Shown: positions 28,950-39,675, counted from the stretch's first letter. The stretch is 64,000 nt of DNA from an uncultured Actinomycetota bacterium (GCA_963818285.1 CAWFRR010000012.1:153271-217270), one strand, 5' to 3'. The notes: generated by a model not told the origin, from the sequence alone. Made by a program: numbers and translations.

Positions 28950-30347
28950 TCAGGCGATCGCCGGTGCCGCATCGGTCGCCGGTTTCCAGTAGATGGCCAG
29001 CCCCGCGGCGATGAGCGCAGCCGTGCCTGCGGCTGCGGCAATGAATACCCACCCATGCCGGATCGCGGCGAGGTCGACGCCGCGCTGGTAGATCATCGTC
29101 AACGCCGTGGTGCCCAACACCATGCCCATCTGCCGAGCGGTGTTCGTCACCGCCGACCCGGCGCCCCACCGGGAAGCCGGTAGCGCAACACCAGTGATCG
29201 CGGAAAGGCTCGGCATCACCAACCCGACGCCCGTACCGGTAAACAGTTGAGCCGGAAAGTAATCGGTGAAGTAATGGGGTGTGGTCCCGATGGTGCACAG
29301 CCAGATCACGATCCCGACCGCGTAGAGCGCCGCTCCAGTCGCGGCCACCATTCCGATGCCGGCCTTGCCGATCAGTCGTCCGGCCAGCAGTGAGACGATG
29401 ACCACCACCAGCGGGCCCGGCGCCAGGCACAAGCCGGCGACTGCCGGTGGCATACCCCACACGGTGGTGAGAAGCATGACGCCGCTCAGTAGCATCGCGC
29501 CGTGCGCTGATGAAAATACAAGCATCGCAAGGCAACTCGACCACATTGGCAGCACTCGCACCGCCGCGAGATCCACGGCAGGCGATGGGTGTCGCAGCGA
29601 ACGCCATACCGCCAGAGCCATCGCGCAGACGGCACCGACCACCGCGGCGGCGATCGCGGTAGTACTACGACCGACCACCGGCAGCTCGATCAGTGCCCAC
29701 ACCAGTGCGCCGACGCCGACCACCAAGCTCAATGCACCAAACAGATCTGGAACACCGGTACCGGTTCCGGCGGCCTTCGATAGCACCATGCTTCCAGCGA
29801 CAACCGCCAGCAGCCCGACCGGGACGTTCACGAAAAAGATCCAGCGCCAGGACAACTGGACCAACAGGCCGCCGACCGGCGGCCCGAGGGCGGCGGCCGT
29901 GGCGCCCACCGCCGACCAGATGCTGACGGCAACGGCGCGCCGGGAGGCCGGAACGGCGGCGAGTAGCAGTGCGAGCGAGCTCGGCATGAGCATCGCGGCA
30001 CCCAGCGCCTGCACCGCGCGGGATGCGACGAGCATGGGGAACGACGCCGAGATCCCGCAGGTGGCCGACCCCAGCGTGAATACCACCAGGCCGGCGAGAA
30101 AAACCCGGCGATGGCCATAACGGTCGCCCAATCGGCCCGCCGGGTTCATGAACGCCGCGAAGACAAGCGTGTAGGCGTTCAGGACCCACGACATCGCCCC
30201 GAGGTCGGCCGTGCCGAAGGCCTGACGGATGTCGGGGAATGCGATGTTCACGATGAAGAGATCGAGGCTGGCCAAGAACGCGGCGGTGGACACCACCAGA
30301 ACGGTCGCGGCGGGGCGCGCTGTCGGTAGCTGCGTTGTCGTCGTCAC
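28950..30347 (-). CDS. DHA2-family MFS transporter
   Basis: LDLFIVNIAFP, GRLGDRYGHRR, RAVQALGAAMLMPSSL. Confidence 0.9.
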   Translation of the reverse strand: MTTTTQLPTARPAATVLVVSTAAFLASLDLFIVNIAFPDIRQAFGTADLGAMSWVLNAYTLVFAAFMNPAGRLGDRYGHRRVFLAGLVVFTLGSATCGISASFPMLVASRAVQALGAAMLMPSSLALLLAAVPASRRAVAVSIWSAVGATAAALGPPVGGLLVQLSWRWIFFVNVPVGLLAVVAGSMVLSKAAGTGTGVPDLFGALSLVVGVGALVWALIELPVVGRSTTAIAAAVVGAVCAMALAVWRSLRHPSPAVDLAAVRVLPMWSSCLAMLVFSSAHGAMLLSGVMLLTTVWGMPPAVAGLCLAPGPLVVVIVSLLAGRLIGKAGIGMVAATGAALYAVGIVIWLCTIGTTPHYFTDYFPAQLFTGTGVGLVMPSLSAITGVALPASRWGAGSAVTNTARQMGMVLGTTALTMIYQRGVDLAAIRHGWVFIAAAAGTAALIAAGLAIYWKPATDAAPAIA

Positions 30348-30499
30348 GCTCGCCTCGCGGTTGAGTTCGATCGACAGGAAACCGCGTCCGCCCGATCGCT
30401 GGATATAGCCAACAATACCTAGCTCATAATAGGCGGGACACCGCTGCAGGAGTTAGTTAAGTCACTACGCACAAGTCGAATAGGTCCTACGCTCGGCCC

Positions 30500-31217
30500 A
30501 TGACCGTCCCCTATGGCGAGGCACTGCGTGAGCAGATCCGTGACCGGCTGGCCGCTCACGACCGTCGCGTGGTGGACGATCCGGCCAAGCGTCACGCGGC
30601 CGTCGCGGTGGTGCTCGTCGACTCGGAAGTGGGGGAGGACAGAATCGATCCGGCGCCGGTCGACGATTGGATTGCCGGACGCCCGATGCCACAATCTCTC
30701 GACGGCCGCATGGTCGACGTCTCCGGAGGTGCGGCTTTCCTGTTGTGTCGCAGAACCTCTCGGCTCAGCTCGCACCCTGCACAGTGGGCGCTTCCGGGTG
30801 GCCGCCTGGATCCTGGGGAGACCGCGATCGACGCGGCCCTTCGCGAACTCGACGAGGAGGTCGGCATCAAACTCGCCCGCCTCCAACGTGTTGGGGTTGC
30901 TCGATGACTATCCGACCCGCTCCGGATACGTGATCACCCCGGTGGTGATCTGGGGTGGCGGACGGCTGGACCCGCATCCGGCGCCCGACGAAGTGGTGGC
31001 GGTCTACCGGGTCGGGCTCCATCAGTTGCAGCGTTCAGACTCACCGCGATTCATCACCATCCCGGAAAGTTCGCGGCCCGTCGTGCAGATACCGCTGGGC
31101 AATGACCTCATCCACGCGCCGACCGGTGCGGTGCTGTTGCAGCTGCGCTGGCTCTGCCTGGATGGCCGCCACGATCCGGTCGACGAGTTGGAACAGCCGG
31201 TCTTCGCCTGGAAGTAA
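30500..31217 (+). CDS. Nudix hydrolase (CoA pyrophosphatase-like; frameshift near 30880)
   Basis: Nudix box [27 protein letters not shown], then [19 protein letters not shown] in the next frame. Confidence 0.85.
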
Positions 31218-31228
31218 CCGCAACTCAC

Positions 31229-31287
31229 TCGAGATCGACGCCAGCGCGCACTTTTTCGATAAGCGTTCGCGCTGGTGTCGATTTCGA
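31229..31287. repeat. 59-bp palindromic REP-like repeat
   Basis: Arms TCGAGATCGACGCCAGCGCG / CGCGCTGGTGTCGATTTCGA (18/20 complementary). Related copy at 61613-61671. Confidence 0.65.
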
Positions 31288-31335
31288 TGCGGGCAGGCCT
31301 GGAAAGTCGCAGGGATCCAGCAGTAATGTGGGCCC

Positions 31336-31797
31336 ATGGGCGTCGTGAGCGCGTTTCAACGCTGGCAGTACCGCAAAGGCCGTCCGGGTTGGTCCGCGCG
31401 TCTGGCAAATCGGTTGGGCGCCTTGAGCTTTGCGGCAGGCATCGGGCCAGGTGGAGCTGCCACACTCGAGGTGCGCGGCCATAAATCCGGGCGGTTGATT
31501 TCGTTTCCGGTCGTCGTCGCCGACTACCAAGGTCAGCGGTATCTGGTCGCGATGCTCGGTCAGAAGACGAACTGGGTGCGAAACCTGCGGGGCGGCGACG
31601 GTCGCGCGGTGCTGCGGCGCGGCCGGCCTGAACAGGTGGCGTTGGTGGAAGATCTCTCCGAACACCGCGCGGCAATCCTGCGCCGCTACCTCGAACTAGC
31701 CCCTGGGGCGCGCCCGTTTTTTACGATCGACCGCCACGCGCCTGTCGACGACTTCAAGCGCATCGTCGATCAGTACCCGGTCTTTCGAATCGCCTGA
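31336..31797 (+). CDS. Deazaflavin (F420)-dependent nitroreductase (Ddn-like) family protein
   Basis: LEVRGHKSG, YLVAMLG, NWVRNLR, YPVFRI. Confidence 0.8.
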   Translation: MGVVSAFQRWQYRKGRPGWSARLANRLGALSFAAGIGPGGAATLEVRGHKSGRLISFPVVVADYQGQRYLVAMLGQKTNWVRNLRGGDGRAVLRRGRPEQVALVEDLSEHRAAILRRYLELAPGARPFFTIDRHAPVDDFKRIVDQYPVFRIA

Positions 31798-32259
31798 GAC
31801 GTCGACGAAGCCGGGTCCAGGCTCGGGCGTGACGTTGTGGGCGGTGATCTCCTGTCGGCAGTGCGCGCAGACCAGCATCGGCTCGGCGGTCTGATCGCAC
31901 GGTTGGTGATGCAGCACGATCGGCGGTCCCTGGGGATGGGGGAGATGCTGGTCGCCCCACTGCATCAGCACGACGATCGCCGCGAACAAGTCGCGACCGG
32001 AGTCGGTCAGCCGGTACTCGTGACGGTCGGGATCGCTCGCGTAGACCACCTTGTCCAGCAGTCCCTTGTCGACGAGGGTCCGCAGCCGGGTCGACAACGT
32101 GGGCCGCGGGATCTGTAGGTTGCGCGCCAGCTGACCGAAGCGTCGCACTCCGAAGAACGCCTCGCGCAGGATCAGCAGCGTCCACCGCTCGCCGACGATC
32201 TCCAGGGCCCGCGCGACGGATTCGCCCTCGAAGCGATGGGACAGATCGGGGTAATCCAT
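31696..32259 (-). CDS. HxlR-family winged-helix regulator (3' tail overlaps the convergent gene)
   Basis: SVARALEIVGERWTLLILREAFFGVRRF, EYRLTDSGRDL, WGD. Confidence 0.88.
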   Translation of the reverse strand: MDYPDLSHRFEGESVARALEIVGERWTLLILREAFFGVRRFGQLARNLQIPRPTLSTRLRTLVDKGLLDKVVYASDPDRHEYRLTDSGRDLFAAIVVLMQWGDQHLPHPQGPPIVLHHQPCDQTAEPMLVCAHCRQEITAHNVTPEPGPGFVDVSGDSKDRVLIDDALEVVDRRVAVDRKKRARPRG

Positions 32260-32272
32260 GGTTCACCCAATG

Positions 32273-32297
32273 TACCGGTTCAAAAACTAAACCGGTA
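32273..32297. promoter_or_regulatory. Putative HxlR operator TACCGGTT-N9-AACCGGTA
   Basis: Perfect 8-bp inverted repeat in the divergent gap. Confidence 0.6.
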
Positions 32298-32343
32298 GTG
32301 CTACCGTGACTGGATCACACACCGTCGTGCAAAGCGAGGACGT

Positions 32344-33475
32344 ATGGATACCGACGTCATGACCGCGCCCGTTCTGACCCGCGCGCGGGAGATCGCCGAT
32401 CTGGCCCGCGGCATGGCCGACGAGATCGACTCCGGCCGCAGGTTGCCCGCGGAACTGGTTGAGGCACTGCGCGACTCAGGCTTGCTGCGGGCGGGTGCGC
32501 CGGTCGAGGTCGGCGCTCTGGAACTGCCCGCGGGCACGGCGCTGCGTTGCGCCGAGGAGGTGGCCCGCGGTGACGCATCGGCCGGCTGGTGCGTGTCGAT
32601 CGGGATCACCGCCACCCTGCTGGTCGCATACCTGCCGCCGCAGAGCCGTGACGAACTGTTCGGCGGCGGCCGCGGCCTCGCCGCGGGGGTGTGGGCACCG
32701 CAAGGGAAGGCCACGCGCGTTCCCGGAGGTGTGGTGGTCTCGGGTCGCTGGGCATTCTGCAGCGGCATCACCCACGCCGACGTGCTGTTCGCCGGCTGCG
32801 TGCTGGACGACAAACCGGCAGTGGTGGCGCTACCCACCGAGCAGCTACAGATCCTGGACACCTGGCACACCCTCGGCCTGCGCGGCACCGGCAGCCACGA
32901 CAGCGTCGCCGACGAGGTCTTCGTTCCCGACGAGCGGGTGCTCTCGATCTTCGATGGCCCGGTGATCGACCGTCCGCTGTACCGCTTCCCTCCGTTCGGA
33001 TTCTTTGCCGCCTGCATCACGGCCGCGGCGATGGGTAATGCGCGGGCCGCGATCGACAATTTCGTCGACCTCGCCGGCACGAAAAAAGGGGTGGCCGCCA
33101 GCCGCACACTTGCCGAACGCTCGACCATCCAGGTGGCGGTCGCCACGGCCGATGTCGGCGCTCGAAGCCGCGCGGGCCGGCTACTACCAGGCCATCGAAA
33201 ATGCTTGGCAGGCAGCCGAAGACGGGCCATCGGTGCCGTTGGCGGCGCGCACTCGACTGCGACTCGCCGCGACGCATGGGGCGCGGGTGTCGGCCGACGT
33301 CGTTCGATCGATGTACGACCTCGCCGGGGGCAGCGCCATCTACGACGGCGCCCCACTGCAACGACGGCTGCGGGATGCGTTCACCGCCACCGCGCACTTC
33401 CAGGTGAACGAGGCATCGCGCGAACTGCCGGGCCGCATCCTGCTGGGTCAGGCCAGTGCGGCGGCGATGCTGTGA
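32344..33475 (+). CDS. Acyl-CoA-dehydrogenase-fold flavin monooxygenase (HsaA-like; frameshift near 33150)
   Basis: DASAGW, GRWAFCSG, DTWHTLGLRGTGSHD; C-terminal GGSAIYDGAPLQRRLRD in ORF 33005-33475. Confidence 0.85.
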
Positions 33476-34476
33476 GGTCGCCGATCGAAGCGGTCTTGCC
33501 GTTCTGGTTGGACCGGCCCGATCTGGAAGCGATAGAAATCGCCGAGGCTGTCCATGCCGCCGGTATCGGCGGACTGTGGATCGGCGAGATGGCGACGTTC
33601 GACGCCTTCGCATTGGCCACCGCGATCGGTGTGCGCGCGCCAGGCCTGGGGCTACGGATCGGACCTTTGCCGATCAGCGTGCGAACCCCGGCCTCGATCG
33701 CCTTGGGCGCCAGCACAGTTGCCGGGGTCACCGGCGCCCAGGTCGACATCGCGCTGGGGGCCTCCAGTCCCTTCATCGTTTCGGGCTGGTACGACCGGGA
33801 CTGGTCGCACAGTGTCGGCCGGATGCGGGAGACGATCCAGTGTTTGCGGCCGATCCTGCGTGGCGAGCGCGCCGACTACGACGGCCACTATGTCCGCAGC
33901 CGCGGATTCCGTCTTCGAAACCCGTTGCCGGACATCCATATCAGCGTTGGCGCTTTCGGCCCGTCGATGATCAAGCTCTCGGCACAGGTCGCCGACGAAG
34001 TCGTCCTGAACCTGGCTTCCCCGCAGCGGGTCTCGCAGGTACGCGAGCAGATCGAGCGGGACGCCGCCACCGCAGGCCGGACGCCGCCGCACATCACGGC
34101 GTGGGTTCCGGTCGCGGTGCAGCCAGGTGAAGCAGCCCTGCGTCAGTTGGCGGGGCAGGTCGCGGTCTATCTCGCCCCACCCGGATACGGCGAAATGTTC
34201 TGCGATCTGGGCTTCGCCGACCTGGTCGAGCGGGCTCGCTCCGGTGCGCGACGGGCGGACCTGGCCGCGGCGATTCCACTCGAATTGGCCCAGCACCTGG
34301 CCGCATTGGGCACACCGGATCAGGTGGCCGACCGGATACGTGCCTATCTGGATGCCGGCGCCGACACCGTCGCGGTGATACCCGTGACCGCCGAAGACCC
34401 CGCCGGCCGAATCGCCCTCGGCTGCGCCGCACACATCTCTCGCACACCCTCGTCAGTTCAGGAGACCGCCTCATGA
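33472..34476 (+). CDS. LLM-class F420-dependent oxidoreductase
   Basis: LWIGEMATFDAF, RTPASIA, LGASSP, GAFGPSM, ADEVVLN. GTGA coupling. Confidence 0.85.
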   Translation: MRSPIEAVLPFWLDRPDLEAIEIAEAVHAAGIGGLWIGEMATFDAFALATAIGVRAPGLGLRIGPLPISVRTPASIALGASTVAGVTGAQVDIALGASSPFIVSGWYDRDWSHSVGRMRETIQCLRPILRGERADYDGHYVRSRGFRLRNPLPDIHISVGAFGPSMIKLSAQVADEVVLNLASPQRVSQVREQIERDAATAGRTPPHITAWVPVAVQPGEAALRQLAGQVAVYLAPPGYGEMFCDLGFADLVERARSGARRADLAAAIPLELAQHLAALGTPDQVADRIRAYLDAGADTVAVIPVTAEDPAGRIALGCAAHISRTPSSVQETAS

Positions 34477-35477
34477 CCACCGTCAACACCCAGTGCAGGC
34501 TTGCCGAGCGACCGGCCGACAAGCTCACGGCGAGCAACTGGTCGATCGTCGAGGAGCCCAAACCCGTTGCCGGCGAACGTCAATTCGTCGTCCAAGTCGA
34601 CTATCTGTCGATCGATCCGGCGATGCGCACCTGGCTGAACGCCGGCCGCAGCTACGTGCCACCGGTCGAGATCGGTGAGGTGATGCGCGCGTTGGGCGTA
34701 GGCCACGTCGTCGAATCCCGGCACCCCGACTTCGCGGTCGGCGACCACGTGTCCGGGATCTTCGGTGTCCAGCGCTACGCGCTGTCTGACGGCACTGAGG
34801 TCAACAAGATCGACACCGCGCTGGCTCCGGCGCCGGTGTATCTCAGTGCCCTCGGTATCAGCGGTCTGACCGCGTACTTCGGCCTGCTCGACGTGGGCCG
34901 GCCCGAGCCGGGTCAGACCGTGCTGGTCTCCGGAGCGGCCGGATCGGTGGGCAGCATCGTCGGTCAGATCGCCCGGATCAAGGGATGCCGCGCCGTCGGC
35001 GTCGCCGGCGGTGAGGACAAATGCCGCTGGCTCGTCGAGGACGTCGGCTTCGACGCGGCGATCGACTATAAGGCCGCTGACCTGCGCAAGGAACTCAAGA
35101 CCCACGCGCCGGACGGCGTTGACGTCTACTTCGACAACGTCGGAGGGGCAACGTTGGAGGCCGCATTGAACCGGCTCGCACACGGTGCCCGCATCGTGCT
35201 GTGCGGGGCGGTGTCGCAGTACAACGACACTCCGCGGGGCCCTTCCAACTACATGCAACTGCTGGTCGCACGAGCATCCATGACCGGATTCGTCATCTTC
35301 GACTACGCCAAGCAGTACCCGGAAGGTGTTGCCCAACTGGCGAAATGGCTGCACAGCGGCGAACTGCAATCACACGAGCAGATCGAGCAGGGCGGGGTCG
35401 CAGATTTCCCCGAGACGCTGCTCAAGCTGTTCCGTGGCGAAAACACCGGCAAATTGATTCTCGGGTTAGGGGAATAG
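34473..35477 (+). CDS. NADP-dependent oxidoreductase (PTGR/CurA-like MDR)
   Basis: YLSIDPAMR, GLTAYFGL, SGAAGSVG, YFDNVGG, CGAVSQYN, GENTGK. Confidence 0.92.
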   Translation: MTTVNTQCRLAERPADKLTASNWSIVEEPKPVAGERQFVVQVDYLSIDPAMRTWLNAGRSYVPPVEIGEVMRALGVGHVVESRHPDFAVGDHVSGIFGVQRYALSDGTEVNKIDTALAPAPVYLSALGISGLTAYFGLLDVGRPEPGQTVLVSGAAGSVGSIVGQIARIKGCRAVGVAGGEDKCRWLVEDVGFDAAIDYKAADLRKELKTHAPDGVDVYFDNVGGATLEAALNRLAHGARIVLCGAVSQYNDTPRGPSNYMQLLVARASMTGFVIFDYAKQYPEGVAQLAKWLHSGELQSHEQIEQGGVADFPETLLKLFRGENTGKLILGLGE

Positions 35478-35507
35478 CCCCGCCGCACGAATGGGTTGAA
35501 CGAAGCC

Positions 35508-35936
35508 ATGGCTGCTTTCAGCGAGACCCAACGAGAAGACTTCCTGGCCGGCACGCACGTCGCCGTGCTGTCCGTGGCGGCAAGCGACGGTCGTCCGCCG
35601 GCCAGCGTCCCGATCTGGTACGGCTACACCCCCGGCGGCGACATCTTGGTCAACACCGGTGTGAAGTCCCGCAAGACCAAGCTGATCGAGCGGGCGGGCG
35701 TCGTGAGCCTGGTGGTACAACGCGAGGAGCCGCCGTACCAGTACGTGGTTGTCGAGGGCACCGTCATCGACACCGCCTCGCCCGCCCCGCTGGACGTCCG
35801 GGAAGCCATTGCGATCCGCTACCTGGGCGAGGAAGGCGGACGTGCATTTGTGGCGGGGATGGCCGATCAGCCGGGCATCCTGTTCACCATCCGACCCGAC
35901 CGCTGGATCACGGCCGACTTCTCCGGCGAGCTGTAA
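35508..35936 (+). CDS. PPOX-class (F420-dependent) split-barrel protein
   Basis: DGRPPASVPIWY, SRKTKLI, PPYQYVVVEG. Confidence 0.85.
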   Translation: MAAFSETQREDFLAGTHVAVLSVAASDGRPPASVPIWYGYTPGGDILVNTGVKSRKTKLIERAGVVSLVVQREEPPYQYVVVEGTVIDTASPAPLDVREAIAIRYLGEEGGRAFVAGMADQPGILFTIRPDRWITADFSGEL

Positions 35937-36057
35937 CCTTCGCGATTTCGAGCGCGCCGCGGCCCGTTGTGTCGCGGCCGTAGACGGCCTGATCTGTCAT
36001 AAGATGGCGGTCTCAATCTAGGTCGCGACGCTCGAAAACGCTTAGGAAACAACTCAA

Positions 36058-36789
36058 ATGGACCTCGACCGCATCACCAACCCATTGCGACTGGCGAGGG
36101 GATCGCACCAGCCCGGATCGGGCAAAGGGTGCGCGATGAACGTGATCTCGTACATCAACGGCGACGAGCAGATCACCGACTTTCCGGCGACCTCGGCCCG
36201 GCCGTTGGCGTCGTTCGTGCAGTTGTGCAACGACTTGCTGGCTGAGCCCGACGGCTACCTGTCGCCGCAGAACAGTCTGCTGGTGCTCGACCTCGGCTGG
36301 CTGACCGTCGGCACCGCCGACGTTGCCGACGCGGTCATGCACATCTGGGTGACCAAATTGCTGACCAGCCCACCGTGGGGTGTTCTCCGGTATGCGGATG
36401 GAGCCGCCGCCCAGGCCATCGCCGACATCGCTGATCTGCATCGGACATTCGTGCCCGGCGATGTGCCGTCGATCGTCAACTGGGACGGCGCCGCGCGCGC
36501 CGCACGTACCGCCAGCGAGACGGCGGAGGGCGCCGAGCTGTACGCCGTGCGTGCCGCATCTCAGTCGACTTCGCTGATCGATACCGACGACTGGGACACG
36601 CTGGACGCGGTGACCGGCAACGCGCTGCGGGCACACCGACTGGCCAACGGAGAGGGCGGAGCCGCTCGGATTCTCGACGTCACTCGTAACGCCATCCGCT
36701 CGTGGCGACGTCTCGCCGGATTGAGCGTGGTGGGCAACGACCCGATCCCGGTCGCCGGCGTCCGGCCGCGCAAGACGGTTGCCGCTTGA
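36058..36789 (+). CDS. Hypothetical protein
   Basis: Clean 243-aa ORF; N-terminal GSH...GCAMN...CND cluster. Confidence 0.75.
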   Translation: MDLDRITNPLRLARGSHQPGSGKGCAMNVISYINGDEQITDFPATSARPLASFVQLCNDLLAEPDGYLSPQNSLLVLDLGWLTVGTADVADAVMHIWVTKLLTSPPWGVLRYADGAAAQAIADIADLHRTFVPGDVPSIVNWDGAARAARTASETAEGAELYAVRAASQSTSLIDTDDWDTLDAVTGNALRAHRLANGEGGAARILDVTRNAIRSWRRLAGLSVVGNDPIPVAGVRPRKTVAA

Positions 36790-36790
36790 G

Positions 36791-37996
36791 TCAGCTCTGC
36801 CGGTGACTGTCCCGGCGTAGGCGCACCGTTCGGGCGATCGCCGCCGTCGTCGCCAACACCGCCATCGCCGCCAGGATCAGCCTGCTGCCCTCCGGCCCAA
36901 CGCTGGTCAGGAGCAGCGGCAGGCCGAAGCCGATGTAGGTCACCGAGTAGAAGACGCCGGTGAGCGTGCCCCGGACATGTTGGGGCGCGGCAGCTTCCAG
37001 GTCGATCAAACCCTCGCGCAGCGCAAGACCGGACCCGCAGCCCAGAAGCACCAGCAACGGCACTCCCAACGTGAGCGTCATGGCGGGTGGGGCCATCGCG
37101 ATGAGCGCATAGCTGAGCGCCGCCAGCGCTGCGCCGGTGGTGCCGGCCCATGGTCCCCAGTTGCCGGCCCGGGCAGTGATCTGAATGACTCCGCTCGCCC
37201 CGTTGACGATCAGGGCTGCCAGCCCCGCCGCCACGGGCGCGGCCAGCCCCACATGGACCCGCGCCGGAATGGTGACGAATCCCAGGGTCGCCGAGGCGAA
37301 CACCCACGGCGCCAGCGGTAGGGCCCAACTCAACGCCCGGGCGATGCCCTGCCCGGGCGTCGCGGCTTGTTCGGGGCGCGATGACTCTGCTGCACCGGTC
37401 TGCGACGAGTGCCGCGCAACCACGATGGTGAGGGCCATCGTGGCGACTACGAGCGCGGCGGCGACCCCGAATGAAATCCGAATGCCGGGCTCGCCGGCGC
37501 CGGTGATCAACCCTCCGGCGAATGGCCCGATCGCGAAACCCACCATCAACACCGCGCCGGCGGTAGCCGCACCGGCCGGCCCCTTGAGATCCGACGCCCA
37601 CGCGGTGCCCGAACTCATCGCCAGTCCCACACCGAGTCCGACGGTCAACCGCCCGATGGTCAGCGCTTCGGGTTGTTGGGACAGCAGCATCAAGACTGTT
37701 CCGGCGGCGGCGGTCGCAGAGCCGACCAGCACCACCGCACGCCGACCGAACGCATCCGAGGCGCGGCCACCCAGCAGCAGACCGGGGAGCAGGCCGACCG
37801 CGTAGATGCCGAAGATCGCGTCGAGGGTGGCCGTACTCAGATGCTGGCGGTCGCTGATGGCGGGCATCAAGGCGACGAAGTGGTTGGCCACCCATCCGGT
37901 TGCCAGCAGAACAGCAAGGACGGCGCCGAACTCGACGTCGAGGCGGGCCGCGGCGGCGGGCCGTGACTCGCGCAACACGCCTGATGACGGGCTCAT
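36791..37996 (-). CDS. MFS transporter
   Basis: FGIYAVGLLPGLLLGGRASDAFGRR, GRLTVGLGVG; about 12 hydrophobic segments. Confidence 0.88.
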   Translation of the reverse strand: MSPSSGVLRESRPAAAARLDVEFGAVLAVLLATGWVANHFVALMPAISDRQHLSTATLDAIFGIYAVGLLPGLLLGGRASDAFGRRAVVLVGSATAAAGTVLMLLSQQPEALTIGRLTVGLGVGLAMSSGTAWASDLKGPAGAATAGAVLMVGFAIGPFAGGLITGAGEPGIRISFGVAAALVVATMALTIVVARHSSQTGAAESSRPEQAATPGQGIARALSWALPLAPWVFASATLGFVTIPARVHVGLAAPVAAGLAALIVNGASGVIQITARAGNWGPWAGTTGAALAALSYALIAMAPPAMTLTLGVPLLVLLGCGSGLALREGLIDLEAAAPQHVRGTLTGVFYSVTYIGFGLPLLLTSVGPEGSRLILAAMAVLATTAAIARTVRLRRDSHRQS

Positions 37997-38083
37997 GGGA
38001 TGCCCTTTCTGCTCTAGGCCGCGATCTGGAACGACCACGCCGGCTGAAAAGTTATTCCCGGTCGACCGCCAGACGCAACGCAT

Positions 38084-38170
38084 TTACACCAGCTCGTAGG
38101 CAGTCGCCAGGCCGCAGATGCCCGCGCCGGTGACCATGACGGGATGCTCTGAGGCTTGTCGATCGTCATG
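38084..38170 (-). pseudogene. Remnant N-terminus of an FAD-dependent oxidoreductase
   Basis: Isolated Rossmann motif VMVTGAGICGLATAYELV followed directly by a stop codon. Confidence 0.55.
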
Positions 38171-38238
38171 GGGAAGCATCGTTTTCCACTGTGGCACAGT
38201 CGACCACCATGCCGGTCCGGCGGCGCTACGATGCGCAC

Positions 38239-39675
38239 GTGCCGATCGATGATGCCCCAGTGACCGTAACGCCGATGCCCGGGAAGCCCGCACTCCTATT
38301 GGGCGCCTTCGATATCGCCAGTGTGGGATACGTTGCCGAGGAATTTTTCATCTCGGGTTCGGCGTCGTCCTACACCCCGGCCGCCGAGCTCGGGCCGGAC
38401 GGCCGGTGGAGCGTGTCGCCGGGGGTGGCCGCTGACTACACCACCCGGATCGTGGCGCTGACTCCAGCCGACCTTGCCCGGTTCAACGGGACGGTGCTCG
38501 TTGAGTGGCTCAATGTCAGCGGCGGCATCGACGCCCCCGCGGTCTGGATGATGGCGCACCGCGAAATGCTGCGGGCCGGTTACGCCTACATCGCGGTGTC
38601 GGTGCAACGCGTGGGCGTCGAGGGCGGCGAGAACCTCATGGGTATCGACATGTCGTTGAAAAGTCAGAATTTGCAGCGATATTCGTCGCTGCACCACCCC
38701 GGCGACGCGTACGCGTACGACATCTTCTCGCAGGCCGGCCAACTGGCGAGGAAGACGGAAATTCTGCGGGGGCTGCGCGCCGGACACGTGATCGCGCTGG
38801 GTGAATCGCAGTCGGCCCTGTTCCTGACGACGTACATCAACGCCGTCGACCCGCTGGCGCGCGTCTACGACGGATTTCTGGTGCATTCACGATTCGGATC
38901 CACGGCGCCGCTGGACGGTGGCTCGATATTCGAAGTGCTGGAGAGCGACTCGTCGCAGGCGGTCGCGTTTCGCCCTGATCTGCGAGTACCACTCGTCACG
39001 ATCATCACCGAGACCGACTTGTTCGGCGGCCATCGGCAGGGCTATCACAGCGCAAGACAGCCTGATAATCAACGACTTCGAGTGTGGGAGATCGCCGGTG
39101 CGGCCCACGCCGACAACTACACGATTCTGGTGGCGCCGATCGACACCGGAGACGCAGCGCTCGCTGACATCGTTGCGGGCTACGCACCGACGAACATGTT
39201 GATGGGCCAGGAACTGGACCATGACATCAACTTTGCGCCGCAACACCACTACGTTCTGCAGGCGGCGTTGTCGCAGCTGTGCACCTGGGTGGGCACCGGC
39301 CGGCCGGCCGCCGGCGGTGAGCCCATCGAGATGCGGGGTGAGCAGCCTGTGCTCGATGAACACGGCCTGGCCCGGGGCGGCGTCAGGACCCCGTGGGTCG
39401 ATGTGCCGATCGCTCGAACGTCCGGCAGCGGCGGCGCGGAGAACATCATGTCGTCAATCTTCGGCTCCGGCGAGCTGTTCGACGCGGCTACCGTGCAACG
39501 GCTCTACCCCGGCGGAGTGACGGACTATCTCGATCGTTTCACCGCGTCGCTCGACTCGGCGATCCAGTCGGGTTTCCTGTTGGCTGCCGATCGCGACGAG
39601 ATTCTCGAACTCGCCACCGCGATGTACCCCCGGGAGGGCGATGTCAGAGCGGCGAGGCCTCGAGCGTCAGAGTGA
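38239..39675 (+). CDS. Alpha/beta-hydrolase-domain protein
   Basis: FNGTVLVEWLNVSGG, GESQSA nucleophile elbow, WEIAGAAHAD, GGVRTP. Confidence 0.8.
   Translation: MPIDDAPVTVTPMPGKPALLLGAFDIASVGYVAEEFFISGSASSYTPAAELGPDGRWSVSPGVAADYTTRIVALTPADLARFNGTVLVEWLNVSGGIDAPAVWMMAHREMLRAGYAYIAVSVQRVGVEGGENLMGIDMSLKSQNLQRYSSLHHPGDAYAYDIFSQAGQLARKTEILRGLRAGHVIALGESQSALFLTTYINAVDPLARVYDGFLVHSRFGSTAPLDGGSIFEVLESDSSQAVAFRPDLRVPLVTIITETDLFGGHRQGYHSARQPDNQRLRVWEIAGAAHADNYTILVAPIDTGDAALADIVAGYAPTNMLMGQELDHDINFAPQHHYVLQAALSQLCTWVGTGRPAAGGEPIEMRGEQPVLDEHGLARGGVRTPWVDVPIARTSGSGGAENIMSSIFGSGELFDAATVQRLYPGGVTDYLDRFTASLDSAIQSGFLLAADRDEILELATAMYPREGDVRAARPRASE

Noticed and set aside
27989-29056. Numerous long antisense or alternate-frame ORFs (also 16282-17325, 36561-37895, 6761-7696)
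   Set aside because: These are shadow ORFs typical of high-GC codon bias, lying on well-supported genes and lacking motifs.
32344-34476. 710-aa apparent monooxygenase-LLM fusion in the ORF track
   Set aside because: The true monooxygenase C-terminus is in another frame (33005-33475) and ends with a GTGA overlap on the LLM start. The fusion is an artefact of a frameshift near 33150.
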